This document shows positions 63,216-64,000 of a stretch of 64,000 nucleotides of DNA, one piece after another. Both the position numbers and the translations under genes were made by a program. Every line of letters starts with the position of its first letter. Position 1 is the stretch's first letter. The stretch is taken from the NCBI RefSeq assembly GCF_009914755.1, contig NC_060929.1; one strand, 5' to 3'. The notes beneath the pieces were generated by a model, which saw nothing but the letters and a program-made list of their open reading frames with translations, made no database searches and was not told the origin of the DNA. Source of the DNA: the human T2T-CHM13v2.0 reference genome, Homo sapiens.

Positions 63216-63640
63216 ACAGTCGATCCTCCTTGTTTTCAGCTTTTGTATTTGTGAACTCACCTACTATTTTTTGTAACCCCCAAATCAGTACTCACAGCAC
63301 TTTCATAGTCATGTGTTTGCGCAGAGTGTCAAAGAATTTGAGTTTGAACAGGATGATATTCTGCCTTCTTTTTCAGCTCTCATACAATAGTCAGGTATCC
63401 TTTTTGTGGTCTATTTAATGCCATGCTTTTCCTGTTTTTGTGCTGTTTGTTGGTTGTTTTGCCATTTAAATTAACCCCCAAGCATAGTGCTGAAGTGCTG
63501 CTTAGCATTCACAAGTCCAAGAAGTCTGTGATGTGTCTTACAGAGAAAATACATGCATTAAATAAACTCCATTCAGGCGTGAGTGCTGTAGTGCCGTTGG
63601 CTGTGAGTTCAATGTTAATGAATGAACAATGTATATTATT
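63216..63640. mobile_element. MER44/Tigger7-like DNA transposon
   Basis: CAGTCGATCCTC..GTAACCCCCAAATCAGTACTC..GCATAGTGCTGAAGTGCTG..GTGAGTTCAATGTTAATGAAT. Confidence 0.7.
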
Positions 63641-63654
63641 TATTTATTCTTCAT

Positions 63655-63998
<344 letters not shown>

Positions 63999-64000
63999 TA

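Overview
Human (great-ape-type) genomic DNA, about half interspersed repeats, with no prokaryotic features. Two landmarks place it in the chromosome-5 GUSB-pseudogene/'SMA3-5' segmental-duplication family (5q13 SMA region or a 5p paralogue; which copy cannot be told from this window). (1) A spliced + strand exon at 32615-32770 encodes MDRSNPVKPALDYFSN, which I recall as the N-terminus of the putative GUSBP1/SMA3 product. (2) An intronless - strand POM121-like ORF (ATG 58881, stop 56188, 897 aa) is built from in-frame 813/816-bp tandem repeats and ends in a hydrophobic tail. A CpG-rich LTR12 at 0.8-1.9 kb is a plausible + strand promoter, and candidate 5' exons lie at 24.9 and 31.1 kb. The most unusual signal is that three independently inserted L1PA copies (16.7-19.1, 26.0-28.1 and 38.1-39.7 kb) share private non-consensus substitutions, suggesting local L1-to-L1 gene conversion; one homogenised pair flanks the ATG exon. 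Repeat family names come from remembered consensus sequences, so subfamily calls and boundaries are approximate.
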